The notes beneath the pieces were generated by a model. The model saw only the letters and a program-made list of their open reading frames with translations, searched no databases and was not told the DNA's origin. A program made the translations under genes and the position numbers. From Octopus sinensis (taxonomy: Eukaryota), in NCBI RefSeq assembly GCF_006345805.1, contig NC_043001.1, forward strand, positions 98,022,001 through 98,086,000: a stretch of DNA of 64,000 nucleotides, given 5' to 3'. Within the stretch, counting starts at the first letter, position 1, and each line of letters begins with the position of its first letter. Shown here piece by piece: positions 24,741 to 38,289 of the stretch.

Positions 24741-24776
24741 CTTTCTGTAGAAGAGCGCAGGCTCGATACGTAAAAG
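24741..24776 (+). ncRNA. Degenerate hammerhead-like motif of the CUGUNGA family
   Basis: CTTT-CTGTAGA-A-GAGC-GCAG-GCTC-GATA-CG-T-A-AAAG; homologous to 35715 and 57108. Confidence 0.45.
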
Positions 24777-24863
24777 ACTTTTTCAATTCCCGAGCGTTAT
24801 ACTAATACATATGTATGTTTTCTACAGCACCAGTCTTCGTCTTTTGTTTTTTTCGTAAACTCT

Positions 24864-24913
<50 letters not shown>

Positions 24914-26705
24914 TAATAAATAAAATATATGCATACATACAAACATATATATACGTACCTACATCTACATGTATATACACATGCATATATAAATATATAT
25001 ACGTGAGTACAGGGCACCACAACTAGACGTAGAACTCAACGAGAAACGAAAACGGAAAAACCATTTTTTTACAACAGAAAAACAGAGTACAGGACATACT
25101 ACACAAGGAAAAATCCCTTTCATCAGCTGTCTTCAGTTCGGCTCTAGCGTGTTTCGAAGGCAAGACAGAACACGACTCGCTAAACTGGCCCTTCCTGCGA
25201 GAGAATTAAAATAAAATTGCTTCGCAGAGGGGTAATAACAAGCAAGAAAAAATGTAACACAAACAGGACGTAAAAACGATACAATTAAAACTACAAAATA
25301 AAATGCAAGATAAAAATACATGTACAAGAAAATACAATACAAGAAATAAAAATAATAAACAAGAAAACAAACAAGAAAAACAAACGAAAGGGCCTTTTTC
25401 TGGCTTAGACGGAAGAGATTCTGGCAGCGCTTGGGAACACAAATGTGTGTCTTTACACACACATATACTTATATATATAGACAGAGAGAGAGAGAGGGGA
25501 AGAGGAGCATTTACACCTACATAAAAGATTATACCTACTGTTTCCCCCGCTGACGATCTTATGTCATCGGGTTAACCATACAGCCGCATTTATTGTCTGT
25601 TGCTGCTTCATTGGTATATGAACCACGTTTCCTCTTGTAAAGTATCTATTAATGCTTTCGCGTCCTAACCAAGAATTTTGGTTTCTTTATTATTATTATA
25701 TTGTCAATTTCGTTAATTCGTAAGCGAGTATTCTTTGTTGGTTGTTTTATGCATTGAGCCTGATTTTTCTGTATCACATTTTTTTCCGGATGGCATTAGT
25801 TTTTGAGTCTCCAGTCTGATATCGCTAAATATTATTATTCAATTGTTATGTGTAGCGTCGGATTCGATGTTCCTAATTTTTCATTCCATTCTTTTATTGA
25901 GTATATTGTGAATACATTTTGCTGGTATAGAACGAGAGTATATCATCTGTGCAACATAAAAACATTTAACGTAATTGTGCAACAAATGTGCTTACTGAAA
26001 AGGAAAAGTGAATGAAATAATGTCATGCCGCAAACATCAGAATAATTTACTTTTTTGAAACTAATCTGAATTGCAGAGTAGATTTCTGACGAAGTAGTGA
26101 GAAACTGGTCGCAATACCGATCCGTAAATTTAATAATGAGCTCACTAAACACTAAATACAAAACAAGGGGATAATATCCAAACAGAATATTATTTAGTGA
26201 CAAGTAAATACACTTAACACCGAATCAGGTGGAATAACTATTTAGAGTAACCGAATCCAAAGCTGCATCGAAAAATAGTGGCTTATATAATAACATATAG
26301 TGGCACAAACATAATCTACGTTCGAACAAGTAAAATAATAAGCTAGAGAAGATAGATACAATAATGAAATCAACGAATGAATTCAACATGAAAAATGAAA
26401 TAACCAATGAGCGCAAGAGTACGACATGAACCAGCGAGATAACACGCTAAAAGGATAATATCTATAACAACAACAGTAGCGTACATAAATGTGAACCCAC
26501 TTGAAAGTATACATCAGCAAGATATATCAAAATATAATCGCGTGAATGGTAGTTGGAGATGGAAAATTAAATTTGGAATTACTCTTTCGGTTTCAGTAAA
26601 GTATACATTCTATTCTATATAATGCGACCACTGTTTTCCTCTTTCCTTCACAAAATTGTTCTATTTCAATTTCGCCATTATACACACACACACACACACA
26701 CACAC

Positions 26706-26755
<50 letters not shown>

Positions 26756-26758
26756 CAT

Positions 26759-26889
26759 ACATATTTGAGGGAAACCACTATGTGGACACCCTTATACTAG
26801 AAATAGATCCGGTATGGTCTTAATTGAAGACCATAGCGTATCTATTTCTAGCATAAGGGTCTCCACATAGTGGTTTCCCTCTAATATGT
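26759..26889. repeat. ~130-bp hairpin next to TA/CA microsatellite
   Basis: GAGGGAAACCACTATGTGG...ATGGTCTT-AATTG-AAGACCAT...CCACATAGTGGTTTCCCTC; about 5 mismatches. Confidence 0.9.
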
Positions 26890-26991
26890 ATATAATACAA
26901 TTTTACTGAACCTTCAGTTTTTTTTTATATGCTAGACCACTGGTGTGAAATCGTTGTTAATTAGTTTAATATCTAATTTCTCACCCTTATG

Positions 26992-27031
<40 letters not shown>

Positions 27032-27209
27032 CTAAATAATGAGGGAGATAAATTGAATATTAATTTAATTAACATCAATTTAAAACCAGCAGCTTAGCAT
27101 ATAGAAAAATCTGAAAATTCAGAAAAATTGTATTACATGCGTATAATATTTGTGGTGAGATCATAGGCGATCTTCTAACATATTGAATGTCCACTTAGCG
27201 GTCATCATT

Positions 27210-27369
27210 AATATTAAAAGCAATACTTACCATGTTACATAAAACTTCATAGCTTTAATTATGATTATATATATATATATATATAATATATATATATATA
27301 TAATATATATATAATCATAATTGAAGCTATGAAGTTTTATGTAACATGGTAAGTATTGCTTTTAATATT
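27210..27369. repeat. 60-bp inverted arms around (TA)n
   Basis: AATATTAAAAGCAATACTTACCATGTTACATAAAACTTCATAGCTT.. and its reverse complement, one mismatch. Confidence 0.92.
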
Positions 27370-28730
27370 TCAAAATCTCGAAATACGAAATACAGTGAGC
27401 ATTTATTGAAATCATTAGCAATACAGCGGGAACTTGAAACGTTTTGATTATATTTAAACTGTGTTTTATAAGTAAAGCATTGTTCAACAGTTACACTGAA
27501 GACCTTATATGACTAAATGTATCGGTTTTTGTTCTGCGAATGAAGAAAGGGCGTTTAACTAAATACAACACGATTTAAAATATATACATAGGGACGCCTA
27601 TTGCATGAATTCTTAAAAAAAAAAGAAACTCTTGTGAGCTAAAAGCAATTAGCAATTTTATGTATCCAAAACATGTACGGGGTTTCCGTGACAGTGTCTA
27701 TAAATATCTGCCCCTATACGTAGTGCAAGCCACATTTAATTGTAATCGATGGAAACAGTGGCGTTGCTTCTCCCTACCATTTTTGAGTTGAATTAAACTA
27801 TTCATGATTATTCACATCACCAGGAAAGTGATATATTTAATTAAAAATCCTTCATGCATTAGAACACCGAGTGTACCGACAATAAAATATAAATAAATAA
27901 ATAATCCATTACCATTTGGATGCTTTCTTTTGTTTTGTTTTACTGAATGGCGAAAAATTAAAGATGTTTTCCATCTCAAATTTGCGACATGATTTATAAT
28001 CCTATCTTCAAACAAATCATTCTTCCTTTTAAATGCCTGACTAAAACATTTTCATCACGCAATGGCATGTTAATATTCTTTTCACATACTCTTTACTTTT
28101 GGTAAATAGAGAAATCCAGATAGAGATTTTTTTTACAAATATTTTATATTGAATTAACTGTGTACTGACATTTCACGAATTAATAAACTGTTAGGTGTAA
28201 CATGTAATGTAATAGGAACGCATGTAATTAAAAGCATTATCTAAGCACTATATGATTGTGAATTGTGAGATTGATAGAAAAAAATTTAAAGCTAATATAC
28301 TTAAATAATTATTTCATTATCAGAATTGAAACAATTGAAGCAAATTTATCATGAAACCCTAGTAAAGTCAAATTTTAAAACGTGTTACGAATGGAAAACA
28401 AGGAGATAATACAGGTTAGTTAACAGAACGTTAGGTGTTAATCAAATGTGAAAACTCAATAATATTGAAACAAATGAATAGTTCTAAATGAACAAGGTAG
28501 AGTGAAAACACTGATGTACTCAAGTACTAAAATTTGGACTCTTATATGAACCGGAAAATAAGTAAAGAACATTATATAAATTCAAAAATGACTGACAATA
28601 AGAACAAGAGTAATGACGTTGATTAGCTTACTGATGTTTCTGGTATAAGGATTTCTTCACAAGAGTTACAAATTATAACTTCATAAAAACCCGAACATGA
28701 TGCGTCTATAAGGTGAAGCTATAAGATAAT

Positions 28731-29147
28731 AAGGCGGCGAGCTGGCAGAAACGTTAGCACGCCGGGCGAAATGCGTAGCCGTATTTCTTCTGCCGTTACG
28801 TTCTGAGTTCAAATTCCGCCGAGGTCGACTTTGCCTTTCATCCTTCCGGGGTCGATAATTTAAGTACCAGTTACGCACTTGGGTCGATATAATCGACTTA
28901 ATCCGTTTGTTTGTCCTTGTTTGTCCTCTCTTTGTTTAGCCCCTTGTGGGTAGTAAAGAAATAGGTATTTCGTCTGCCGCTACGTTCTGAGTTCAAATTC
29001 CGCCGAGTCCGACTTTGCCTTTTACCCTTTCGGGGTCGATTAAATAAGTTACATTTACGCACTGGGATCGATATAATCGACTTAATTCGTGTGTCTGCAC
29101 TTGTTTGTCCTCTCTGTGTTTAGCCCCTTGTGGGTGGTAAAGAAATA
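28731..29147 (+). mobile_element. Family-B SINE dimer with 15-bp TSD GAAGCTATAAGATAA
   Basis: TSD at 28715-28729 and 29148-29162; second unit 5'-truncated. Confidence 0.92.
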
Positions 29148-29271
29148 GAAGCTATAAGATAACTCACTGTCACTCAAATATAGGCATGCAGTCCATTATA
29201 CCAGAAGTAATTCTAAAATCATGAATGTGATTAGCTAAAAGAGGATCATAGCAAATTATACATATGTATTC

Positions 29272-29540
29272 GTAGAAATACCTGGCATTGCCCGGATTAA
29301 AGAAAATAATGAAATTTTAAAACGCCGTCTAGATTACGCAGGTCTTAACTGCTAGTTGCCGAGATGCCAACTGTCTACATAACTCTTCAACCCATGACAG
29401 CATGGAACATAGACGTTAAGTGAAATATGAAAAGAACGTTTTCAACTCATATATGTTTGTAAAGTAAATAAACGTTAGTCAAACTTATTTCGTAACCAAA
29501 GAACAGGTACAGACTATAAGCAATGAAAGGCCGCACGTAG

Positions 29541-29578
<38 letters not shown>

Positions 29579-31335
29579 GGCGGCGAATGTGTTCCGTTAT
29601 TGTTTCACATTTACACACACAGATATACATTCCTGCGTGTCAATCGAAAAGTGTAAAAGTAATACTTACTTTAACGCTCAATGCACCTTCTATTCATGTC
29701 AGTGCTTCTTCATATACTATGCTTTCTGTCTTCCCATGTTTATCACTGGGAATGTAGAGATACTTTTCGTCTCCAACTCTAGAACATCCAACATACAGCT
29801 GACTACGTGAGAAGCAAGGTTGAAGGAAGTTAAGTCCCACCACCTTTAGAGACTGACCTTGTGCTTTGTTGATAGACATTGCAAAGCTAAGTTTGACAGG
29901 AAACTGCAGTCGCTTGAACTGAAAGGGGAGATCATTTGAGATGAGAAGTATCCTTGGAATGAAGATATTCTGTGTATGTCAGAGTATTGTCTCTGAGATG
30001 GAGGACAATGTCACGCTTGTCATGTTCTTGCCCAACCAGAAGCACAACTATTTAATTTACTGTTGGCGCATTAAACGTCCCCCCCATGTTGACCAGATGG
30101 TTTCTTGTCTGACCTGATAACCACCTTGTAACCTATGGAGTCAGATGGAATTGTTTCAAGCGCAGTCTTGAAGCTTCTCATAAGATTGTTGTTGTTATGC
30201 AGCATCTTTTGCAGAGACACTACAATGTTCATCAAGATGCCGGAAATGTTCTTACACCTCTCTCGCCCTTCTTGTTGAGAATCACCCATAAAATATATTT
30301 TAAGGAATTGTGGTGATTCATTTGACAGAGGTAGTAGAGAATCAACCCGATTATAAATCTGAACTTGGACCTTGAATGTTCGCATGAATGTTGACTCGGT
30401 TATATCTCGTGTGCCTCCAAATGATGTCATATGTAAACCAACATTGTATTGCCTAATTTTGCTTTGAAAGTGCTTGGAATCTTGGTCAGTTGAAGACAAC
30501 AGTTTCTTCAATGGCTCTGGAGGCTGGTGGATTGCAGGGAGTTTAATATTTCCACCACTGCAGCACAATGATACATATATATATACATTTGAATATATAT
30601 GAATACAGCTTAGTTTTTGTCCAGTTAGGACAACCCATGGTAGCACTACCCGTTCCCTTTCAAGGGCTTGCATGATCTGATTCACATCCACCCAGACGCA
30701 ATCTCTGCTGCTTCCTCTTATGTTACTCCACTTGGGTAACATACAGTACTCTGTGTGTGTATGTGTACTTTCATCATTTTGAATAAAATTGCACAAAACC
30801 CAGTAACAGAACACAGCAGAAGATGAAGAGATAAGTTACTGCAGCAAAATGATCACGTTAGTAAAATTTGTGTTCAATGCGATTTCGTCCATTTAATATA
30901 CGGTTGGAAAATCTATAACGGTACCCTAAACGATAATTGCACAACTCCTGAAAGAGGTTTGGCTATCGAATGGCCACCGGGATAATCCATTATTTAAAAT
31001 GTGCGGTGAATCTTGGAATTAGTTGCTGATTTCTATACTGGCATTACTGGGGGGAGGTGCTTATCTCCCCTGTTTGAAAACATAGGGACACACTACGCTT
31101 GTGTCACATGGCCAACTGCGGTATTTCTTGCGGCTAAATAGCTGTAGCATTCTTCCTTTTACTGTGACTGCCACATTAAGTTGACAACAATCCATCACTT
31201 TATCGTGTCTGCTACTGTATAAATCTCTCAGAGAGATTTAGAAATGTAATATTTCTAATTTTTAAACAAGATTTCACACGAACATCAGCATTGATAATTA
31301 ATGAATACTTACTAATTACTGTTCTTATATATTCA
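29272..31335 (-). mobile_element. Internally deleted Helitron (RepHel) remnant; ends approximate
   Basis: 30071-30814: CCSGGNIKLP...KHFQSKIRQYN...MTSFG...QIYNRVDSLLP..PQFLKIYF; NAPT..VLLVGQEHDKRDIVL; 29694-29900: KRLQFPVKLSFAMSINKAQGQSLKVVGL...QLYVGCSRVG (Pif1 motifs V-VI); 3' hairpin CCGGGCAATGCCAGG near 29281-29295. Confidence 0.85.
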
Positions 31336-31719
31336 GTGTTCTACCTTGCTTTTCTGTGACTCGAAATTTCTCCATCTTCTTACATTTCTTTATTCAATAT
31401 GTCATTTTCATTTTTATGACCTCCTGCACATATTCACCCAAATCGAGTAACCTTATCCATGTCTTCTTCCATGAGTATTCCCACATGTTTCTCTAACGCA
31501 TGTCAATCTGGTGGAAATTGACAATATAAGCTTCAATTTATTTTTCGCCTGTCATTATCTAAAACCTTACGACGCTAACAGTAAAAATCTAAACATTTAC
31601 CTCCATTTTAAAGGGGATCTGTTCTGCCAAATGTGTTACAGTCGGTACAAGCAATGTTTAATAAACCCACATATTCAAGATGTAAGGAAAATAATTTACC
31701 CTTGGTTCCAAAAATGGTA

Positions 31720-32025
31720 AAGACCCACTTCGGTCTTTGCGTCTAGAAAGGTATCCTTCGAGGCACAAGTCCGGGCAAGTTTCTTTATGGAAGGCCAGCA
31801 GTCACCTATGCATATTTGACTCCCCTCTCCACGCTACCAGTGTTATCGAAGAGAAAGGCCAATGCAGTTTGTTACCAGTGACGTCGCAACACATTTGTAC
31901 AACTGAGTGAACTGCAGGAACGTGAAATAAAGTGTCTTGCTCCAAAACACAACACACAACCCGGTCCGGGAATCGAACTCACGACCTCCTGATTGTGAAA
32001 TCGACGCACTGAGCTATGCGTTTTC
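31720..32025 (-). mobile_element. tRNA-derived SINE, family C
   Basis: Homologous to 44237-44571. Confidence 0.8.
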
Positions 32026-33777
32026 ATGATGCCAAAAAGCAATCTATAGAAATATATATGCCAAACTGGCGTTTCTCTTCTGCAAAGTTTCTGTTGAAGA
32101 GTTACATCTACACTGATGATAAAAATTTATGAAAGTAATGGAATTATTAGAAAAAATCTCCTATAAGGTTGCATTAATTTTCCTTGTTCAGAAAGAGAAC
32201 GCAATGATTAGATACGCAATCTCGTCAGGAAATATAGGTAAATCTGATTTTAAATGTAGCGTGATAGGTCCTACACAATTGCAGAAACAATTGCTGTCAT
32301 TTATCAATGATAAATCCTCTGAAAGCACCTGTGCAGCAATCCAATGACGCATTATATACTAGTAACCAATCAACACATTTCTTGTATCGGAGTATCAACC
32401 GCAGGTAAAATAACTTCTGAATGATATGAATACGCTTAATTACGTTATATTACACGATGGCACCTACTGGCCATCTGCTAAATTTCGAAACCATTATATG
32501 AGCAAACTTTAAATTATCATTATAGTATTTTAACACTTATAGTGGGAAGTATATCATAATCTTATAGAAATAATTATATATTATAATAAGAGAAATTGTT
32601 ATTTGAATCTTCATGAAATCCAGAAATTACCACCTGCTATTGTTACCATGATTACATTTATAAATTACAATATTCACAGTGGTCGGTGTAGTACTTTAAT
32701 AAACTCAACTTGATTTAAATTAACTTTTATTCCGCATTCTTAAATTACCGTTTGTTTTGCTTCTATTAAAGGGTTCTCTGCTTATGTAACGAAGTATATT
32801 TTATTATTTGTCTACTAAATATATGTAGGTTTTTCTCGTTGAATAATTTATGAAGTTCCTTGCTTTATGGAAAGGGAACCGTTTTGACCACGAGGTTTGT
32901 ATCATTCTAGCTCTGAGCTATATTGAAATGGTATGTGTTTTTTAAGGATACACAGCAAGATTTGACTAAGAAGAAAATTTAATAAATAAAGGAACAGAGT
33001 CTCGAATGTATATGTCTATATATTAAAAGAAAACAGAGGAGAGAGAGATAGACAGACAGAATGAGAGAGGGGCAGACAACGTGAGATTCACATGGATATA
33101 TGGATGTATATATCTTTGAGTACGTGTAGGATTAATTGCGTGTTTGTATGTGTGGTTGTTTGTGTTTGTATGTGTGCTTGCGTTTGTATTTTCAGTTTCT
33201 AAGAAGTGTATATTATTCTGTTAACACTCCAATCATATAGATTTCCTGTTTCTAGTACACCAATAACGGTGTTTGGTGTTATAATCGTCAAAGATTTTGA
33301 AAGCCTCTTTTAGAAATGCCTTCACATGAAAGTTTATTCCTTGAAAGCAACATCAGAAAATGTAGACTTTGGCAGTCAGAAATTTTGTTTGATCGATAAC
33401 TGCATTTTCAGTTTGTGAATTTGACTAAAATAGTTCTTATTTGATGTGTTGTAAAGATGCCGACATACTATGCAGCTACTGTGAAAACCTTTATATTTTT
33501 ACTTTCTTATACTGTTTAATTTTCTTTGCTTCTTTTTCTCCACGTAAAATTATCTGAAATGAAATTTAATTCAATAAATGTATCTAAAATTTGATATCTG
33601 TTATCGACAAAAGTTAGCAATCAATATACATGATTTGATTTTAAAAGTTTTCCATCAAACTCGGGGCTCTTTTTTCGTTGAACTCATATATAATTAAATT
33701 ATTTGTTTTGGTAGGTGGTAAGATGTAAACTACTAGTTACGAAGAAAGATTATTGGTTATTCATAATAAATATCACA

Positions 33778-33810
<33 letters not shown>

Positions 33811-34186
33811 TGTATACAGATAGATATAGATATATACAGATATGTGTATATACAAATATATATTAGGGGAGTCTATCCTTTTTGTGCAAACGAAAGAATT
33901 GGGTGAAAATATATTTTGTTTTTGCTTGAAATTATGACTAACAAGTAAATAAGTCAAAACAATATTTTTTGTATGTATTTAAGCATATTATTATTAAATA
34001 TACTGGCGGAGAGTTTCGACATGATGTCTCTAATCAATGCGCTGAATTGGAAGATTATATTACTTTATATTTATGCAGATCATGAAAAATGAGTTAGATT
34101 AATAGAACAAAGGGACATAACCACTGTAGTGCTTTCAGTTCAGAAAATCAGAGATATATATACGTGGACTATACTGCCATGTGTGT

Positions 34187-34440
34187 AGGCGCGTGGCTTA
34201 GTGGTTCGGATGTCAGCATCCTGATCGTAAGATTGTGGTTTCGATTCCTGGACAGGATGACGCGTTGTGTTCTTGAACAAAACACTTCATTTCACGTTCT
34301 TCTAGTCCAGTCAACTGGCAAAAATGAGTAACGCTGCGATGGACTGGCGTCCCGTCCAGTTGAGGAAAACATACGCCACAGAAACCGGGAAACCGGGCCC
34401 ATGAGCCTGGCTCGGCATTAAAAGGGCGCATTTATTTATT
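34187..34440 (+). mobile_element. tRNA-derived SINE, family A
   Basis: Homologous to 308-566. Confidence 0.9.
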
Positions 34441-34479
34441 TTATACTGCTATGTATTTCATGGCTCTCATTAACGCACA

Positions 34480-34830
34480 CTGCAATTGATCAATTGATGT
34501 CACTGTACTGCGGCTGCTCTGGAGTAATGCCTTGGAGGGTTTCGTCGAATAAATCACCCCTAATACTTATTCTAAGTGTCTTACTTATTTTGTCAGACTA
34601 CTAACTTAGGGCACCTGGACAGACTGACAGCGTTTGTCAAGTGGCGTTTTTGTATGTGTGGAGATCAAATACAAACAGAAAGGCTCCCACACATAAACAT
34701 GAAGGGCTTGTCCCCAGTTAGGCATCTACCGAATACACGAACAAAGCATTGGTCAACGGGGCTATAGCAGAAGCCATGTTGCCAAGGCATCAAGTAGTGG
34801 GACTGTAAGGGAAGTTGTAAAATTCTTCGT
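34480..34830 (-). mobile_element. Highly diverged family-F-like SINE
   Basis: Remnants CTGCTCTGGAGTAATGCC, GGGCTATAGCAGAAG, TAGTGGGACTG. Confidence 0.5.
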
Positions 34831-35082
34831 GGATAATTTCCAATTTGCAATTTTCGTGGTTCAGCTGTTCCAAGCAACGGCATTATAAACGCGTATTACT
34901 CTACTACTGTTTCTTTATTCGCCCAAAACATATTCATACTAGCAGTTCGTTTCTTCGTTATCGATATGAAAACCTTATTCATACTGTGATAAATGTTCAG
35001 AATGATTAACAATGGAAAACATAAAATGGACATTTTCTGCAAAGAATTTCATCCAAACTTTGCACGCCCTCGCCCGTGCACA

Positions 35083-35137
<55 letters not shown>

Positions 35138-35234
35138 TCGTACATACAAACACTCACAGATAAAGATACATATAAACACACATATACACACGCATATATA
35201 TTTATGTATAATCTCCATCCCACTCTCTCTCTCT

Positions 35235-35283
<49 letters not shown>

Positions 35284-35592
35284 ATATAGAGGGCATTATA
35301 CATACATGCCAGGAGGCATTCTACATACATGCCAAACGCTAAGAGGGACAATCAGTCATTTCTACCAAAAATATTACTAATCCCACCGAATGCAATTTTC
35401 AAAGTTAGACATTTAAAAATATAGACCTGTATCACAGTGATTTCATACTTACGTAATCATCAGCAGGCCTGAATGTATTATAAATAAACAACGACCCTGC
35501 CTCGCTTAAGCCGATCAGCTAACTGATCAACATCAACGAAGCACATGGGTGAGTTTATATATATTTTATATTTATTTTATATAGTAAAAGTT

Positions 35593-35640
<48 letters not shown>

Positions 35641-35643
<3 letters not shown>

Positions 35644-35790
35644 CAAAAGACGAAGACAGATGTATGAGCTTCAAGGAAATGTATTAGTTTGACGCTCGGG
35701 GAAAATGGAAAAGTCTTTTACGTTTCGAGCCTGCGCTGTTCAACAGAAAGGAAAAACTGAAAATAAAGAGAGAATGAAAATAACTTGTAG
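35641..35790 (-). mobile_element. PLE-like terminal-repeat remnant with CUGUUGA hammerhead-like motif (35715-35750)
   Basis: Homologous to 57020-57240; abuts (TA)n on both sides. Confidence 0.6.
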
Positions 35791-35811
35791 ACTTCAGCAG
35801 TCCAGCAATAT

Positions 35812-35845
<34 letters not shown>

Positions 35846-35863
35846 ATATATATATATATATAT

Positions 35864-36080
35864 AGTTAATCCAAACATGAAAACACAATGAGAAAACACA
35901 CACAACGCGAGGACGTGGAACAAGTATACAGTAATTGGATGCTCAGGAAAGGAAAGAAAGGAGGATTTAACGTTTCGGGCGGAGCTCTTCGTCAGAAACA
36001 TAGAAAATGGAAAGGTCCAAGGAAGGAAAGACGGAGAAAGAAAATCGCCAATGATACACACGCGGTCACATATTGAAATT
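35864..36080 (-). mobile_element. ~215-bp PLE-like remnant with hammerhead-like motif (35965-35999, core CUGACGA)
   Basis: Homologous to 5913-6125 and 48167-48375. Confidence 0.65.
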
Positions 36081-37341
36081 AATATATATATATGGATTGT
36101 GCGTGTATGTATAAACAGTGTAAATATACGCATATCCATACTGTAACATACATGTTATGCATGACGTATATATCATAGTTAAAAGTAAGAAGTTGTTTCT
36201 CACTAGTATTGCTCCTTCCACGAACAATCATGTAAAGGACGAATTATTTGGGTCAGTGACATTAACGTGTGTGGTTGAAAACCGGACACGAAGCATTTGC
36301 TTTAGAAATACAATGTAAAAGAAATCTTCGTGATCTCATCTCGTAACAAGTTTCCGCTTTAAAATAGTCTGCTTTGAGGAATCCATAACTCTTCAAACGT
36401 TTATACTAGACAGAGATGCTTTATGATCAGAATCAATGTTAGAATACAAAGGCACTTTATACCCAACCTATCAAATTATCTTACGACTGAAATGAACATC
36501 AAAGTGCGCGACAAGAGACTGATGTTCAAGAAGCATTCTTAATAGTAATAGAAATGTGCACAAGTGAATGTACATTGTAAGTGGTTTTAACACAGTAAAT
36601 AGCTAAAACAATATGATATGAATATAATATTTAGATGAATTCTGAGTTTGCTAACAGCCCGAAAAATTTTTATCAGGGGAAAGTATAAATGAAATGAGTT
36701 ACGATTTGGTATAGTGTATACAGAAAATATACTTGATCATAGGCTGTTATGAGAGTTCCACTAAGTATAAAATATATACGTGTGTTATCAAGAATTTGAT
36801 ATGAATATGTCGATACGATGCATTACAATACGATGCATTTTATAAATCATTGATTCGTCTTGAATCATGCAGGAATTACTTTAGTATCGTTATTATTTGC
36901 GTAGCTTCACAATACAAAATTTCTTCAATAAAGAACGACTATATCTCAGGTTTTTGATCTTATACGTTCTCCTTATCTATGTTCATATACCAATTTTATT
37001 ATATTACAGAATATTTCTAATTAGATAGAAAAAAATATTTTGCAGGGGGACAGATGTAACTGACTACATAGAATTATTGAAAGTGAACCTAATTAAAATT
37101 TGAGATATCTAATTAGTTGTAATAGAACAAAACTAACTACTGAAAGTCATTTTGTCTTCTGCGATGTTTATGCAACCATATTTTCATCTTTTTAGTACTT
37201 TACTATTAGATACCAAAAACATTTTTTATAACAATTTACTTCTCCTACGTCAATATTTCCCAAAATACATTGACTTCGGTGTTTCAATCAACATCGGCGT
37301 CAAATATAGCTTCAAATTATGATGCCATCACAACTGTTAAA

Positions 37342-37395
<54 letters not shown>

Positions 37396-37397
<2 letters not shown>

Positions 37398-37712
37398 TTC
37401 AGTAAAATTTAGATTCAGTTGAATATGGTACTTAAGTTAAAGGCACAAGAATTTAGTATGGTATTATCCATATAATTCAAAATGGGGTGATTACAATAAA
37501 AATAAGCAACAAGGATATCTAGGAGTAATGCAGTACGATCTATAAAGATATAGAAAAATTCTATATTTTCATACAGCTGAAGATTGCTCTACATTTTAAA
37601 ACTGATGTAATATTTGCATTGTTCCATTAAATGGAGTCGCATGAAACGATTATACTACATTACCTCTGGATATCCTTGTTGCTTATTTTGATTATATTTG
37701 TATATATATATA
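37396..37712. mobile_element. Old inverted pair of PLE terminal repeats related to the 51.7-55.9 kb element, with decayed hammerheads
   Basis: TTGAATATGGTACTTAAGTT..GCAC and GGGGTGATTA match 51630-51705; CTGATGT...GAAACGATTATACTA matches 55827-55910; ~37500-37545 inverted versus ~37650-37692. Confidence 0.65.
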
Positions 37713-38289
37713 TATGTGGGTTATATGGATATATATATATAGTTAACATATACCAGTCAAGGAAAATACTAGGGAACCATAGAAGTGGTTCAGCATTTTG
37801 GAAGTATCGTAATCTAATGAATTTGTGAGACCTTTGCATCGATGTTTGGTAGTAAATCTATGTTCGGAGCTCGTGTAGAAAGTCAACAAGAGCCGGTGGT
37901 GAAACACAAGAGAGGAGCCGCGTTGACATCACCAGTACGATAGAGTCGAGGAAGTCGACGGCGGGACCAATAGAAATACACATTTACGTCGTTCACCCTC
38001 CAACAGTTTGCGACGATCCGTCAGTAATCTGCTGGGAGACGAGAACAAGTCATCTACGGTGACAGATGGACCGTGGACGGTGGTATTCTCCAGTATTCGT
38101 TATATTCCAAATTATTTTTTTCTCTGAAAACAACGTGACTTGAAATTTACTCACTTTAAGTAAAATTTTCAACCATTTTCTCAAATGAAAATTAATCGAT
38201 CAGGAAACGAAAGCTTATTATGGATGTGGAGAATGTTGCAAGATAACTATAAACTGAGACTTTTTCAGTATCATTAATGATTTGGCAGA

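Noticed and set aside
25943-26416. Two in-frame hydrophobic minus-strand ORFs vaguely like GPCR transmembrane segments
   Set aside because: Interrupted and bounded by stops, no DRY or NPxxY motif, and hydrophobicity is expected from a T-rich strand. An HMMER 7tm hit would reopen it.
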